A stretch of DNA of 64,000 nt from Chrysomallon squamiferum (Eukaryota > Animalia > Mollusca), in the NCBI GenBank assembly GCA_012295275.1, contig CM022673.1, positions 22,444,001-22,508,000 on the forward strand, read 5' to 3'. The notes below the pieces were generated by a model. The model was not told the DNA's origin. It saw only the letters and a list, made by a program, of their open reading frames with translations, and did not search any database. The translations under genes were made by a program, and so were the position numbers. Every line of letters begins with the position of its first letter. The stretch's first letter is position 1. Positions 14,608-25,154 of the stretch are shown in pieces.

Positions 14608-17600
14608 GCAACAGCAACAACAAGAATAATAATTAATCAGTTAATTAATATTCATTAAGAATTTAAAGGTTTCTTGAAAATCTATAAAAGTTCTTAAAAA
14701 TAATGTTAGAATTTTAAATATATCACAAAGAATGCAGATAAAGTTCAAGAAAAATGCAGGATTTAAAGTTAGAATTTTATAAAAAAAAAAAAAAAAAAAA
14801 AAGAAAAGGAAAAAAACGTCCACTTCCTCCGAAAAGAAAAGGAAACTTTTAATAATTAAAACAACGCATTTATTCATTTATTTATTTACATACTTACTAA
14901 AAATAACCAGAAAAAAGTCTGTAATTTTGAGAAATATTTTCTAAATTTATTTTTTATATTTGTTTTTGTTTTCTATTTTCAGGATGAAAAAAATCAAATT
15001 ATTACAACCAACTGCTGGTTAAATCAAGTAAGTTTTCTTTTTCTTTAATTCTTAATTATATATTTTGTTATTTTAATAACAATAAGAACAATATTATTAT
15101 TACTGTATTGTTATTGATATCGTATATTTAATTACCTCTGTTACAATTGTTATTGTCACCAACGTGGATCTGAACACAGCATTCCAAACATTCATTACGG
15201 TTCATTTTATATCTGGTAGGATGTTAACTGTATAACAAGGCAATTCAGCGTAATGCATGGTTGCCAATGTTTCCTGTTTATCACACACGTAAAGCTTGAT
15301 AACGTGGTCTATAAAGATTTTCAAGTTTCCGAACACTGAATATCGTTACTTAATAGATATAAAAAATTAATAACTCACGAAGGATCAAAGAAAAACCAGT
15401 TGAACATTTACTGTAGAGAAATAACTTTATGTCATATTAAAGCAAACTTTAGAAAAATCAATGTTTCCCCCCCAAAAAAAAAATACTAGCCAAAGAGTTA
15501 TTTATTATCTTAGAAAACTGATTCAGTAAAACGAAATAGTATGTGGATATGTATGTATGTATATTTGTATGTATATATCTATATCAGTATCTATCTATCT
15601 ATCTGTGTGTGAATATGTTTGGGTGTGTATGTGTGCGTGTGTATGTGTTTATGTGTATTTATTATGTATGCATTTGTCCGGATGTGAATGGATTGATGGA
15701 TGGATGGATGGTTGCATGTTCGTAAGTATGAATGATTGACTGATTGATTGATTTCTTGCCATAGAATTCGGTTTTTAGTCATCAAAAGATATATATATTT
15801 GTCAATGTTTTCGCATGTGTAAGTTGTTTTTTCATGTAAGCATCTGTCAGTTTTTATAGATTCTCACACTTTCTTGAATTAATACATTATCACTTGTTAT
15901 CTGTTTATTATACGCAGGGTTGGATAGATCCGAAGTTGCGCTGGGAACCTAAGAAATACGGAAATATAACCGTAGTTAGAATACCGTTCAAGGAAATCTG
16001 GCTGCCCGATATTGTTCTTTACAATACGTAATATATTTTTATACATCCTTATTGCTTTATCAGCATTGACACTCATGATAAATAGATATATAGATAGATA
16101 AATAAACAAACAAACAAACAAAATAAATAAATAAACACTTATTTAAAATAAAATAAAATTATCGGTATCCCAACAAGATATAATTATCTATGAAAAATAT
16201 TATTTTGAACATAGTTCATTCATTTTTTATTCAGCTTTGGACGTCAGTAAAATAAAGCAACATTTTTCTTATACAAACTTACAATCCTTATTTGTGCGTG
16301 GACTGTCATTATACAATTGTTTTCACATGTCAACATCCAGTCATTCCATTGTGAATGACTGTCAGTATAAAACTCGTGCTTCACACGTTATAAATTTTTC
16401 TGTGAGCACGTATCAAGAAGTTGCTTTGTCTTTGCCAATAAGTTTGATATAAAATTATATAAAAGAGACGCTTCCAAAAATAAAATTGCTATGTATATTT
16501 GTAAGTGGAATGAAAGAAAAAAGATTTTAAAAAATAAAAGAAAGAAAAATGAAAAAGAATGCATGACTGATTGACTGATTGCCCGACTGATCAACTGACT
16601 GACTGACTGACTGACTGACTGATTGATTGATTTATTGATTGGTTGATTTCTCGTTATTACAGTGTCTAGCTTGTTATTTAGAATAATTTTACTTATGTTT
16701 AATTATATATGTCTGTATATTTGTAAGTGGAATGAAAGAAAAAAGATTTTAAAAAATAAAAGAAAGAAAAATGAAAAAGAATGCACGAGACAAAAAACCC
16801 CACATGTTAACAACACGATAAGAAGATAAATAAATAAATAAAAGACTACAAAAAAAAAATATATATATATAAATAAATAAATAATAATAATAATAAAATA
16901 AAATAAAAAGAAAAGTGAGAAAATATAGCTTAAGTTCAAAATATTTTAAATTTGTGTTGATTGGCGCTTGAAGTTATTTTGTGCATATTCCAAATATGGA
17001 AAATAAAGAACTATAAATACAGAGAAAATCCTTTATACTTTATGTAAGCTTTTTCACTGTCGTACAGAGCTGAAGTAACCAGCCCGGATTTCACCAGCGT
17101 CAGCACCAACGTAATCGTCACCCACGACGGCAATGTCACGTGGTTGTCCATGGTAATTTTCAAGAGTTCCTGTTCTATCGACGTTCAGTATTTCCCGTTT
17201 GATGAACAGAACTGTTCCATGTCATTCTCATCGTGGACGTACGACGCCTACCAAGTTAACATCCTCAACGTCGGCACTGAGGGCGACATCTCCAACTACA
17301 TGAACAGCACTGAGTGGAATTTGGTCAAATTTGTACAAGAGCGACAAGTAAATATATCTTGAACAATTTCTTTATATAACTATATTTATCTGCCTTCTCT
17401 GTGTCCCTTTCTGTCTGCTTTCTGTTTATCAGCCCTTATCAATATCTGCCTATTTGTCTGTCTGTCTGTCTATATAGCTTACCTGTTTTGTCTATTTACT
17501 ATCTCTATTTGGTGTTTTTTTTCTGACTGTCATTTTTCTTATGCCTATATTTCACCTGTCCCTTTCTTTCCGTGGCTATCAAACTCGTATATTGTTATTA

Positions 17601-20600
17601 TTACAATTATATTTTCCTTTTCATGTAACGTAAATTAAATTTTAAATTTTAATTTATTTTTTCAGATTTGCTATGAGCCGAGAAAAGAGTTATTCACGTG
17701 GTTTTCATTTTTATTATTATTTTAATTTCAATGTTGTTTTTTGGGGGGTTTTTTTCGTGTTTCGGGAAATGTTTAAACAGTACTAAACATTTCACAAAAT
17801 ACAGTTAGGATTGTGCTAGTGATCATATTCCTATACTAACTGTATAATTCAAATTTAACATGTTGCCGATCTCTAGCCAATGTCGCTAAAGCGCATACAA
17901 AGTAAATTATATATAAAATAATATTGAATTAGTAACTATATCGGACGGGATTTATTTCTGACATTATTATTATTATTTGTTTTTCATGTTAAATTTGAAA
18001 TAACAATAATAATAACAATACTACTACTAATAATAAAATATATACAGTGGGGTACCCTATAACGAATATAACCGGTTCCAGAACCTCGTTCGTTCTTTAT
18101 AGGGTCCAGTGAAATACATGTTATAACGGGTAATCGATCCTGACCCCCAAATACCCCCCTCTTAAAATACAATATAATATAATATAATACACTAGTAAAA
18201 TAAGTTTTTAAATGTACATTTAATCTCCAGAAATGAAGAGTATCATTAATACTGTATCTTACCTTGCTGTTGCTGAGCTTGCAGGAGAGGAGGCAGAAGA
18301 GGTGGGAGGAGATAATTTCTGAGAAGAGGTGACAGGAAAGGAGTGATCCTTAGAGCCCACTTTGGTGATTGTCCCAGTTCGTCCGTTGGAGGTTTTTTAC
18401 ATTAGGAATCCAGGGTTGACTGCTTCAACCTGGATTTCGGGATCTTTCAAAATTAGGCCGTCAGTTTCATAAAAAATATTAAAGCCCGTTTCTACAGCAC
18501 CATCATCAGGATGATATTCCTTAACAATTTTGAAAAGTTTATTCCAGCACCAGAACATATCTTTCAATTCTAGGGCTGGTATCACATGTCTTTGCTCCTT
18601 GTCCCCTACCTCCCCTGACTCCTCAGAAATATTCTTCTGTGCTCGTTATGGGAACCTTGTTTCGTTATGGAGATTCATAGGTAAAACGTTTCGTTATAAC
18701 GATATTCGTAGTACAATCCGTTCGTTATAGGGTACTCCACGTACAATAAATAAATATATTCTTGCAGTTAGTTTATGTGCATGATGGTATTTTCATTAAT
18801 ATCAAATTTATCTTTATTCCAGGTTTCTGAAAAGAGATTTTCCAATGAAGAAAAATTATATAATTTAGATCGTTTGATTTTTTGTTTCTTTGGTTGTTTC
18901 AAAAATTCAATATTATTATCGGCGAATGGGTGAATATGCTGATTATTTGGAGATTGTTAGCCTGAAGTATTTATATATTTATTATTATCAATTTATGACA
19001 GCAGTTTTCAGTATTATTGTATTTTAACAGTATTTATTGAATTTATTTATTTTACTTTATTTTATACTTCACCTTACGTTACTTTACTTTATTTTACTTT
19101 ACATTACTTTACGTAACTTTGTTGTATTTTACTTTATTTTATACTTCATCTTACGTTACATTACTTTATTTTACTTTACGTAACTTTATTGTATTATACT
19201 TTATTTTATACTTCATCTTACAATTACATTACTTTATATTACTTTACGTAACTTTATTGTATTATACTTTATTTTATACTTCATCTTTCAATTACATTAC
19301 TTTATGTTACTTTACGTTATGTTACTTTATTATTCTTTATTTTATTCTACTTGTTTTATGGTGTTTTATATTATTTTGCTTTTGCATTACTGTATTTAGT
19401 TTTTATATATTTTTTATTAACTTTGTTGGTTTTTAATATTTCATTCACTGACAGTCTGTATTAGATTCTTGGCCAGATTATATATATATATATATATATA
19501 TACATTCTAAATTTTTATCAGTTAATTTGTAAAACATGAGGAGCGCTCTAAGAAAAAAATTCTGTGTTAAAAAAAAAAAATCTTTTTTTTTTTTTTTTTT
19601 ATTGTTGTTATTAAAGATAAATAAATAAATAAATATATTTGTTAAAATAAAGACGGAATATGGTACTATTATTATTATTATTTCTATTAGACATTGTTTT
19701 AAGAAAAAATTCCTTGCCTATATTAAATTTTGTTTTGAAAGATAATAAACACAATAATAATAAAAAATAAATAAATAAACAAACAAAATAAACCAAAGAA
19801 TTGCAAATTTAATAAAATCAAAACATTTTTAACTGGAGATCAAAATGATGTTAAAGTTAAATTATAGCTTTAAGAAAAGCAATAAATTCTCTGTTTTAAT
19901 TGCAGGTTGTAGTTTTCAGCTGTTGTCCAGAACCTTACATCTTCATAACTTACTACATCGCCATCAAGCGAAGACCTTTGTTTTATTTATTTAACATGGT
20001 TATGCCCTGTATCCTTATCTCCATGGTCGCTCTCCTCGGATTCTACATGCCCTCTGACTCTGGGGAGAAAATATCCATGGGAATCACCACACTATTGTCC
20101 ATGACCGTCTTTCTAATGATGGTGGTCGAGCAGATGCCACCATCCTCGGATGATCTTCCGATCGTCGGTATGTCCGTCCATATATCCAGCATGGCGTACG
20201 AGGCACGACTGCTGTTATAGCCACCTGGTTGCTCGTGTTTTGCTTTTTATGCATTTAGTAAAATTTTATTTGTTTATATATTTATATACTGTTTTCCGTC
20301 TTTCTTCGCCATTTCAAAAACATTGTACATCAAAACTAAATATATTTTGTTAGTATTATAAAGCGAATCAGAATATGAAAATAAAATTATAAAATTATAA
20401 ATTAATTACATTTTATACCAAATTGAATAAACTATGCCGCAACATAAAATAAATAAATAAATATATAAAAATTAAAACAAAAATATTTTTATATCTTTAT
20501 AACAAATTTAATTACATTCATGCCGTTATAAAAGCTCAATACTCCTAAGCAAGATATATCACTTTGATGTGCAATGTACACCAAAGCTTCATTACACTGT

Positions 20601-23298
20601 ATATTTACTCCAATAACCAGACAAACATTCGAAGAAACAAGAATGGAAAACATAATAGCATCGTGTTAACTAAAGAAACTAAGCCAATAATGCCCATCTT
20701 TGTTTGTTAGGTTGTAATATTCAGCTGCTGTCCTCAGCCTTACATCTTCATCAACTACTACATCCTCATCAAGAGGCGTCCTCTCTTCTACATGTTTAAT
20801 CTCGTCGTGCCTTGTCTGTTGATCAGTCTGGTTTCTCTTCTCGGATTCTACATGCCTTCTGACTCGGGCGAGAAAATATCCATGGGAATCACTACTCTGT
20901 TGTCCTTGACCGTCTTCCTTATGATAGTTGCTGACATGCTCCCGCCTACGTCTGACGTCTTGCCGCTTATTGGTGGGTACCTATATACTGACCTGCCTAA
21001 AGATGTAATTTCCAACAGAAATATATTCCTCTTAAAACATTAAGTACTAGCTTGTAGATGACGACTGACAAAATAAACTCTTTTGATAGAACTCAATCTT
21101 TTATAAGGTTTGAATTTTAACAAAGATATTTTCTATGTTAATAATCATAATGATGCAAATGTGTCATCTAACAAAGGCAAAAAATAAACTGCTGATCATT
21201 TTCGTGATCTTTTAATTTTTTGATTTAAATTTTCCTTTCTCAAAAAAAAAAAAAAAATGGTTAAGAATATTAAGATTGTTGCTGATCTCTCTTGTTGGTC
21301 TTATTACAATGTGAAGACTTAGACTTTCTAATATAATGACAGTTAGCTAACACAACATAACCATAGTGTATAAAACTTTTGATTTAACACGAAAAATGTG
21401 CAAATCGTTATCATCCTAATAGTGGTCCTGTCAAACAAAGATTTCATATTCTACACCAATTCGGTCAAATAGATTTTTTAAAGTTCAGGATGTCAATTTG
21501 AAGAGAAACAAGACTAATGTTCAGATAATTGTGGTATTCCGAAAGTAAGCTTTCGAACACAGAGTTTTACATATATGTAAATTTGCACTACTGCAATTGT
21601 ACTACAAGTTATTCTACTGTCCATGTGTTAATATAATGAGGTAGAGCTTTCACTCACTTTCTGTAAACTCGTGGAAAAACCTATTCTGCAGTTTTAAGTT
21701 GCTAAGCAGAACCTTTACAACATAATTTACTGCTTTATCGCACTGTCACTATATTTTCCTCAAACATAATGATTATCTCTTCTCGATCATGTGGCGTATT
21801 CATAGTTCAAAATCCTTGTCATCTACATGTTAGTTTGAAAAATAATCTGACGTACAAAGCATGAAACATTGTTTTCTATTACTTGCTTTCTCGTTCTGTA
21901 ATACACAGCACTTTATAATTCCTATAGAGAACATCGTAAAATGTTTGATATTTGAAATTAGAATAAAAAATGTCGGTTAGATTGATTTTTTTTTTTTTTG
22001 ATTTTTTTATTTGGCTGTGAGCTTTTCGTTTTTAACATTTGTTGTGGCATTTAGCTAATAATATGTAAAACTTTCTGTGATAGCTGCATGTAAGTAGATT
22101 GAGTTTTATTAACAAAGACCTACCATTACCGTAGATTTTCCCTTCGGTGTTAAATCAAATCCTAATAAGAATCTTACAGATTTTTTTCAAAATATTAACA
22201 CATGTATTTAAAATTTCACGCTCTTATATTAGATATTTTATCGAATAAATAATTTGTTAACTTTTAACTCGCCCACTTAGTCACTTGTATCATTCGATAC
22301 AGCGGAAGTAAAACAAAGTACTAGACGATAACTAAATAATTATTCATTGATATTTATATCAGAATTCTTTCATAAACTACTGTGATTTTACAGAATTTAG
22401 TATGTCGACAAATAGCTTTTTAAATCTAACGTGAATTATATCATATATTAATGTTACGAAGCTCAAAATTGATGAGTGCTATTTTACAGGGTTGTACTAT
22501 GGAATAACCATTGTCGTGGTGTCCTCGGCGACAGCGATGACGGTGCTAACACTGAACATACACCATAAAGGACAACGCGGACAGGAGATACCTAGTATTG
22601 TGAGGACTATATTTTTCGATGTGGTTGCAAAAATCCTTTTCATTAAAGTTGATTCTAAGGCCGAGGCCCCGGAACGAGGAATGGTAAGATCATTTTACCG
22701 AAGAATTCTTCAGATTTTTGTTTTATTCGTTTATTTTGTTTCATTTTTCATAATCATTTAAACTGCACATTTTATTACAGCTCATAAACCTATTACTGCA
22801 AATTAATTTTATATTACCCTTTCAACTGTTCTTCAGTCTTAATTTTGTATTATTATTACTTATTTTCAGATTTAACTGTTTTTAAAAGACTTTACATATA
22901 CAAACATTAATTAAGAAAAAGTATGTTTATTGTTACAGCAACCCATCCCTCAGACTGACTACTACATGAAATATGAAAGTGAGAAATTAACAGAAAATGG
23001 CGGCTTATCTCCTCGATTCACCAGAAAAGTTCCTACTGCAAGCGGGACACCCTCTCACACTGACAACACGGAGAGACAGTTCATGCGCGTGTTACAGAAA
23101 GTTTATCAGACAATTGAGAAAAACGAAATGCGTCTGGCGGACCAGGATCGTAGAGACCACATCAAGTATGAATGGCAGCAGCTCGCCCTTATTCTCGACC
23201 GGGTTCTTCTAATTGTGTTTTTGATGGTTACTACCTGCGTGACACTCGGCATCTTTCTTCCGTCTCCGCATTCCACAGCATTCGGGGCAAGTTACTAA
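11967..23298 (+). CDS. Nicotinic acetylcholine receptor alpha subunit (Cys-loop cation channel, alpha7/alpha9-like), about 495 aa, with a mutually exclusive duplicated exon
   Basis: Exons bounded by AG/GT with matching phases: 11967-12054, 12513-12661, 14983-15027, 15918-16027, 17068-17347, [19906-20167 OR 20711-20972], 22490-22683, 22939-23298, totalling 1488 nt. Motifs: signal peptide, DEKNQIITTNCWL (loop D), IWLPDIVLYN (loop A), Cys-loop CSIDVQYFPFDEQNC, SWTYD (loop B), vicinal CC in loop C, GEKIS before TM2, and TM4 after EWQQLALILDR. Confidence 0.95.
12513..12661 (+). CDS. nAChR exon: start of ligand-binding domain (AQYRLVRDLLKPYDKRVRP...AQIIDV)
   Basis: Typical nAChR N-terminal helix and YDxxxRP motif. 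AG at 12511-12512; GTGAGT at 12662. Confidence 0.92.
14983..15027 (+). CDS. nAChR 45-nt exon (DEKNQIITTNCWLNQ, loop D)
   Basis: Characteristic 45-nt nAChR exon with a polypyrimidine-CAG acceptor and a GTAAGT donor. Not in the ORF track. Confidence 0.93.
15918..16027 (+). CDS. nAChR 110-nt exon (GWIDPKLRWEP...IWLPDIVLYN, loop A)
   Basis: Translated by hand. CAG acceptor, GTAATA donor, phase 0 to 2. Confidence 0.93.
16492..16785 (+). repeat. 72-bp direct duplication (16492-16563 and 16714-16785) in an nAChR intron
   Basis: TGTATATTTGTAAGTGGAATGAAAG...AAAAGAATGCA appears twice, identical by eye. Confidence 0.9.
17068..17347 (+). CDS. nAChR exon carrying the Cys-loop and loop B
   Basis: SSCSIDVQYFPFDEQNCSMSFSSWTYD...EWNLV; phase 2 to 0. 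Confidence 0.95.
18045..18741 (-). mobile_element. Non-autonomous Tigger/pogo-type (Tc1-mariner superfamily) DNA transposon in an nAChR intron
   Basis: TIRs CAGTGGGGTACCCTATAACGAA ... TTCGTTATAGGGTACTCCAC-G with flanking TA and internal TTCGTTAT sub-repeats. The minus-strand remnant LKDMFWCWNKLFKIVKEYHPD resembles Tigger transposase C-termini (from recall). Confidence 0.8.
19050..19350 (+). repeat. Degenerate tandem minisatellite (about 60-70-bp units built from TTTTA/TTACG pentamers)
   Basis: Recurrent TTTATTTTATACTTCATCTTAC...TTACTTTACGTAACTTT. Confidence 0.75.
19906..20167 (+). CDS. nAChR alternative exon A (loop C, TM1, TM2, M2-M3 loop)
   Basis: 262 nt, TGCAG acceptor, GTATGT donor. Encodes VVVFSCCPEPY...GEKISMGITTLLSMTVFLMMVVEQMPPSSDDLPIV. 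Confidence 0.93.
20711..20972 (+). CDS. nAChR alternative exon B, paralogue of exon A
   Basis: 262 nt, TTAG acceptor, GTGGGT donor. Encodes VVIFSCCPQPY...GEKISMGITTLLSLTVFLMIVADMLPPTSDVLPLI, open throughout. Confidence 0.92.
22490..22683 (+). CDS. nAChR exon: TM3 and start of intracellular loop
   Basis: GLYYGITIVVVSSATAMTVLTLNIHH; its phase-1 start fits either exon A or exon B. Confidence 0.93.
22939..23298 (+). CDS. nAChR terminal exon: MA helix, TM4 and stop
   Basis: EWQQLALILDRVLLIVFLMVTTCVTLGIF followed by TAA. Confidence 0.92.
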   Translation, partial: QPIPQTDYYMKYESEKLTENGGLSPRFTRKVPTASGTPSHTDNTERQFMRVLQKVYQTIEKNEMRLADQDRRDHIKYEWQQLALILDRVLLIVFLMVTTCVTLGIFLPSPHSTAFGASY

Positions 23299-25117
23299 TA
23301 TGTCTGTTTATACTTTTACCAGTAATACTTCCATTGTGATTGCTGAGGAACATCTAAGTTTCTTGTAGACGACCAAGAACTTGTGAACCAGTTTTCAAGA
23401 CCAACGAATATATGTCTAATTTACACTGTTGGAAATCAGTTAAAAGATATAAGGCTATTGACGTTATTGGTTGACATTTGTTTTTGGTTTGTTTCTTTTC
23501 CCGGGTGTCGTTCTACACAGAGAGTTTAAAACACGTAACACTGGTAAATGATTTGACGCACAAATATGGATAATAGCATTTTGTTAAATCTGTGGTCTTG
23601 ACATTTTTTTGGTGTGATATATTTATCATGAAAATTGAAAGATGAGGTTGAATCTAACTTAATAAATGATTGTTGTGAAATGAAGTTTCAATGCGATTTG
23701 TTTGGATACCTGATTACACGACATTGTTAGCACGAAACGAACTTATCCATTTCATTCATCCAGAAAACCTTCACTTTTTTTATAGATGTCAACACTGTAT
23801 ATCATGTGTCTTTTCACATAATTAGACTGTGTCGCACGATTAGACTGGACAAATATAAGACATTTCGGGTTTTTAAACTGTTTTGTACGGATGAAATAAA
23901 GTATCAACGACATTTCTTGATTTGGAAATGCATAATACATAGCGAAAAAATTAAATTACTATTTATTTTTTATGAACTGAGGAATTTGCTCTTTGGACTG
24001 CACTTGTGTTCATGTTTTCTTTCAAGTTTTAGAAATTACAGCATATATATATTTTTTATTTTTTTTATTGGAGAAATGATGTTTGTATTGTAATGTTTAT
24101 ACTTGCATTGCAGTGATATGAATTCTATTATCGGAATATACTGCAGCCATCAGTGGGGTTTTTTTTTTCAAACGTAACGCAAACAATGTGCTTGGTTATC
24201 TTCACATCATTATAAAGCAGAGAACTGCGTTGTTTTATTTCAATCACCCTGCAAACATTTGTACAGTTCCCTTTTAAAATTTGATAGAAAAAAATTAATT
24301 AGTTTTCGCTGCAGTCGTTTGTACAGATATCAGTTTTTCTGCAGTAATTTTGAAACGTTTTCTTTGTATAATAGACAAATGATGTACTTTATCTACTTGG
24401 ATAATTTTTTTCGGAGGTTTTTTGAAGGAGGTTTTCTGGGGCAGGTTTTCTTAATTAGTTTTTTGTTAGGTTAGTATATAAAGTTTTATCCAACATGTTT
24501 ACTATCAGCCATTTTCTTTTATTTATTTGATTTGGCTTCCTTCAAGTTTATGATAATTATTTTCTTTGTCCAGCGTTTTTTTTTTTTTTTTTTTTTCGTT
24601 GTCCCGTAATAATATTTGTTGTCACTTTCCGTGTTTGTTGTTGATGTTAAATGACGTTCGGGCTAGGAAATGTCATCATAACTGGATTAAACGCTAGCAT
24701 TTAGAACTGCATAAGGAATATCGACTAGTTTAAACCACAGACCGGATATTGTTTTACCTTTTGCATGCCTTCTCCTGCTGGCCAGTATTTCATTACAAAA
24801 TATTAACTTTTTTACTATAATTTCATTTTGTATTCAGATTTGTTTTCCATAATATGAATGTCTTCTTTTAATTTTGTGTGTACAGATTTTACCTACTGAG
24901 GTTTGATGAGTATTGCGCCTCAAAAATGACGGTTTCACATAGCTCTAACTTTTCAGATTGATACTAAAAATGTAAATGATTGCTTACCTTACATAAAAAT
25001 CTAGTTTAATTCAGTTTTAATGCGCTCTTTTTCTTTCCGTCTTTATCTTTCTCTATTTTTTACCAACCTCCGTGTATATCTATCTACCTGTTAGGCTGTC
25101 TACCGCTTTATCTTCTG

Positions 25118-25154
<37 letters not shown>

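Noticed and set aside
19050-19436. CRISPR-like array or 105-aa membrane protein
   Set aside because: Degenerate AT-rich minisatellite with no unique spacers, in a eukaryotic intron.
19906-20972. Two separate nAChR genes, or one protein containing both exons
   Set aside because: All other exons are single-copy, and joint inclusion shifts the frame.
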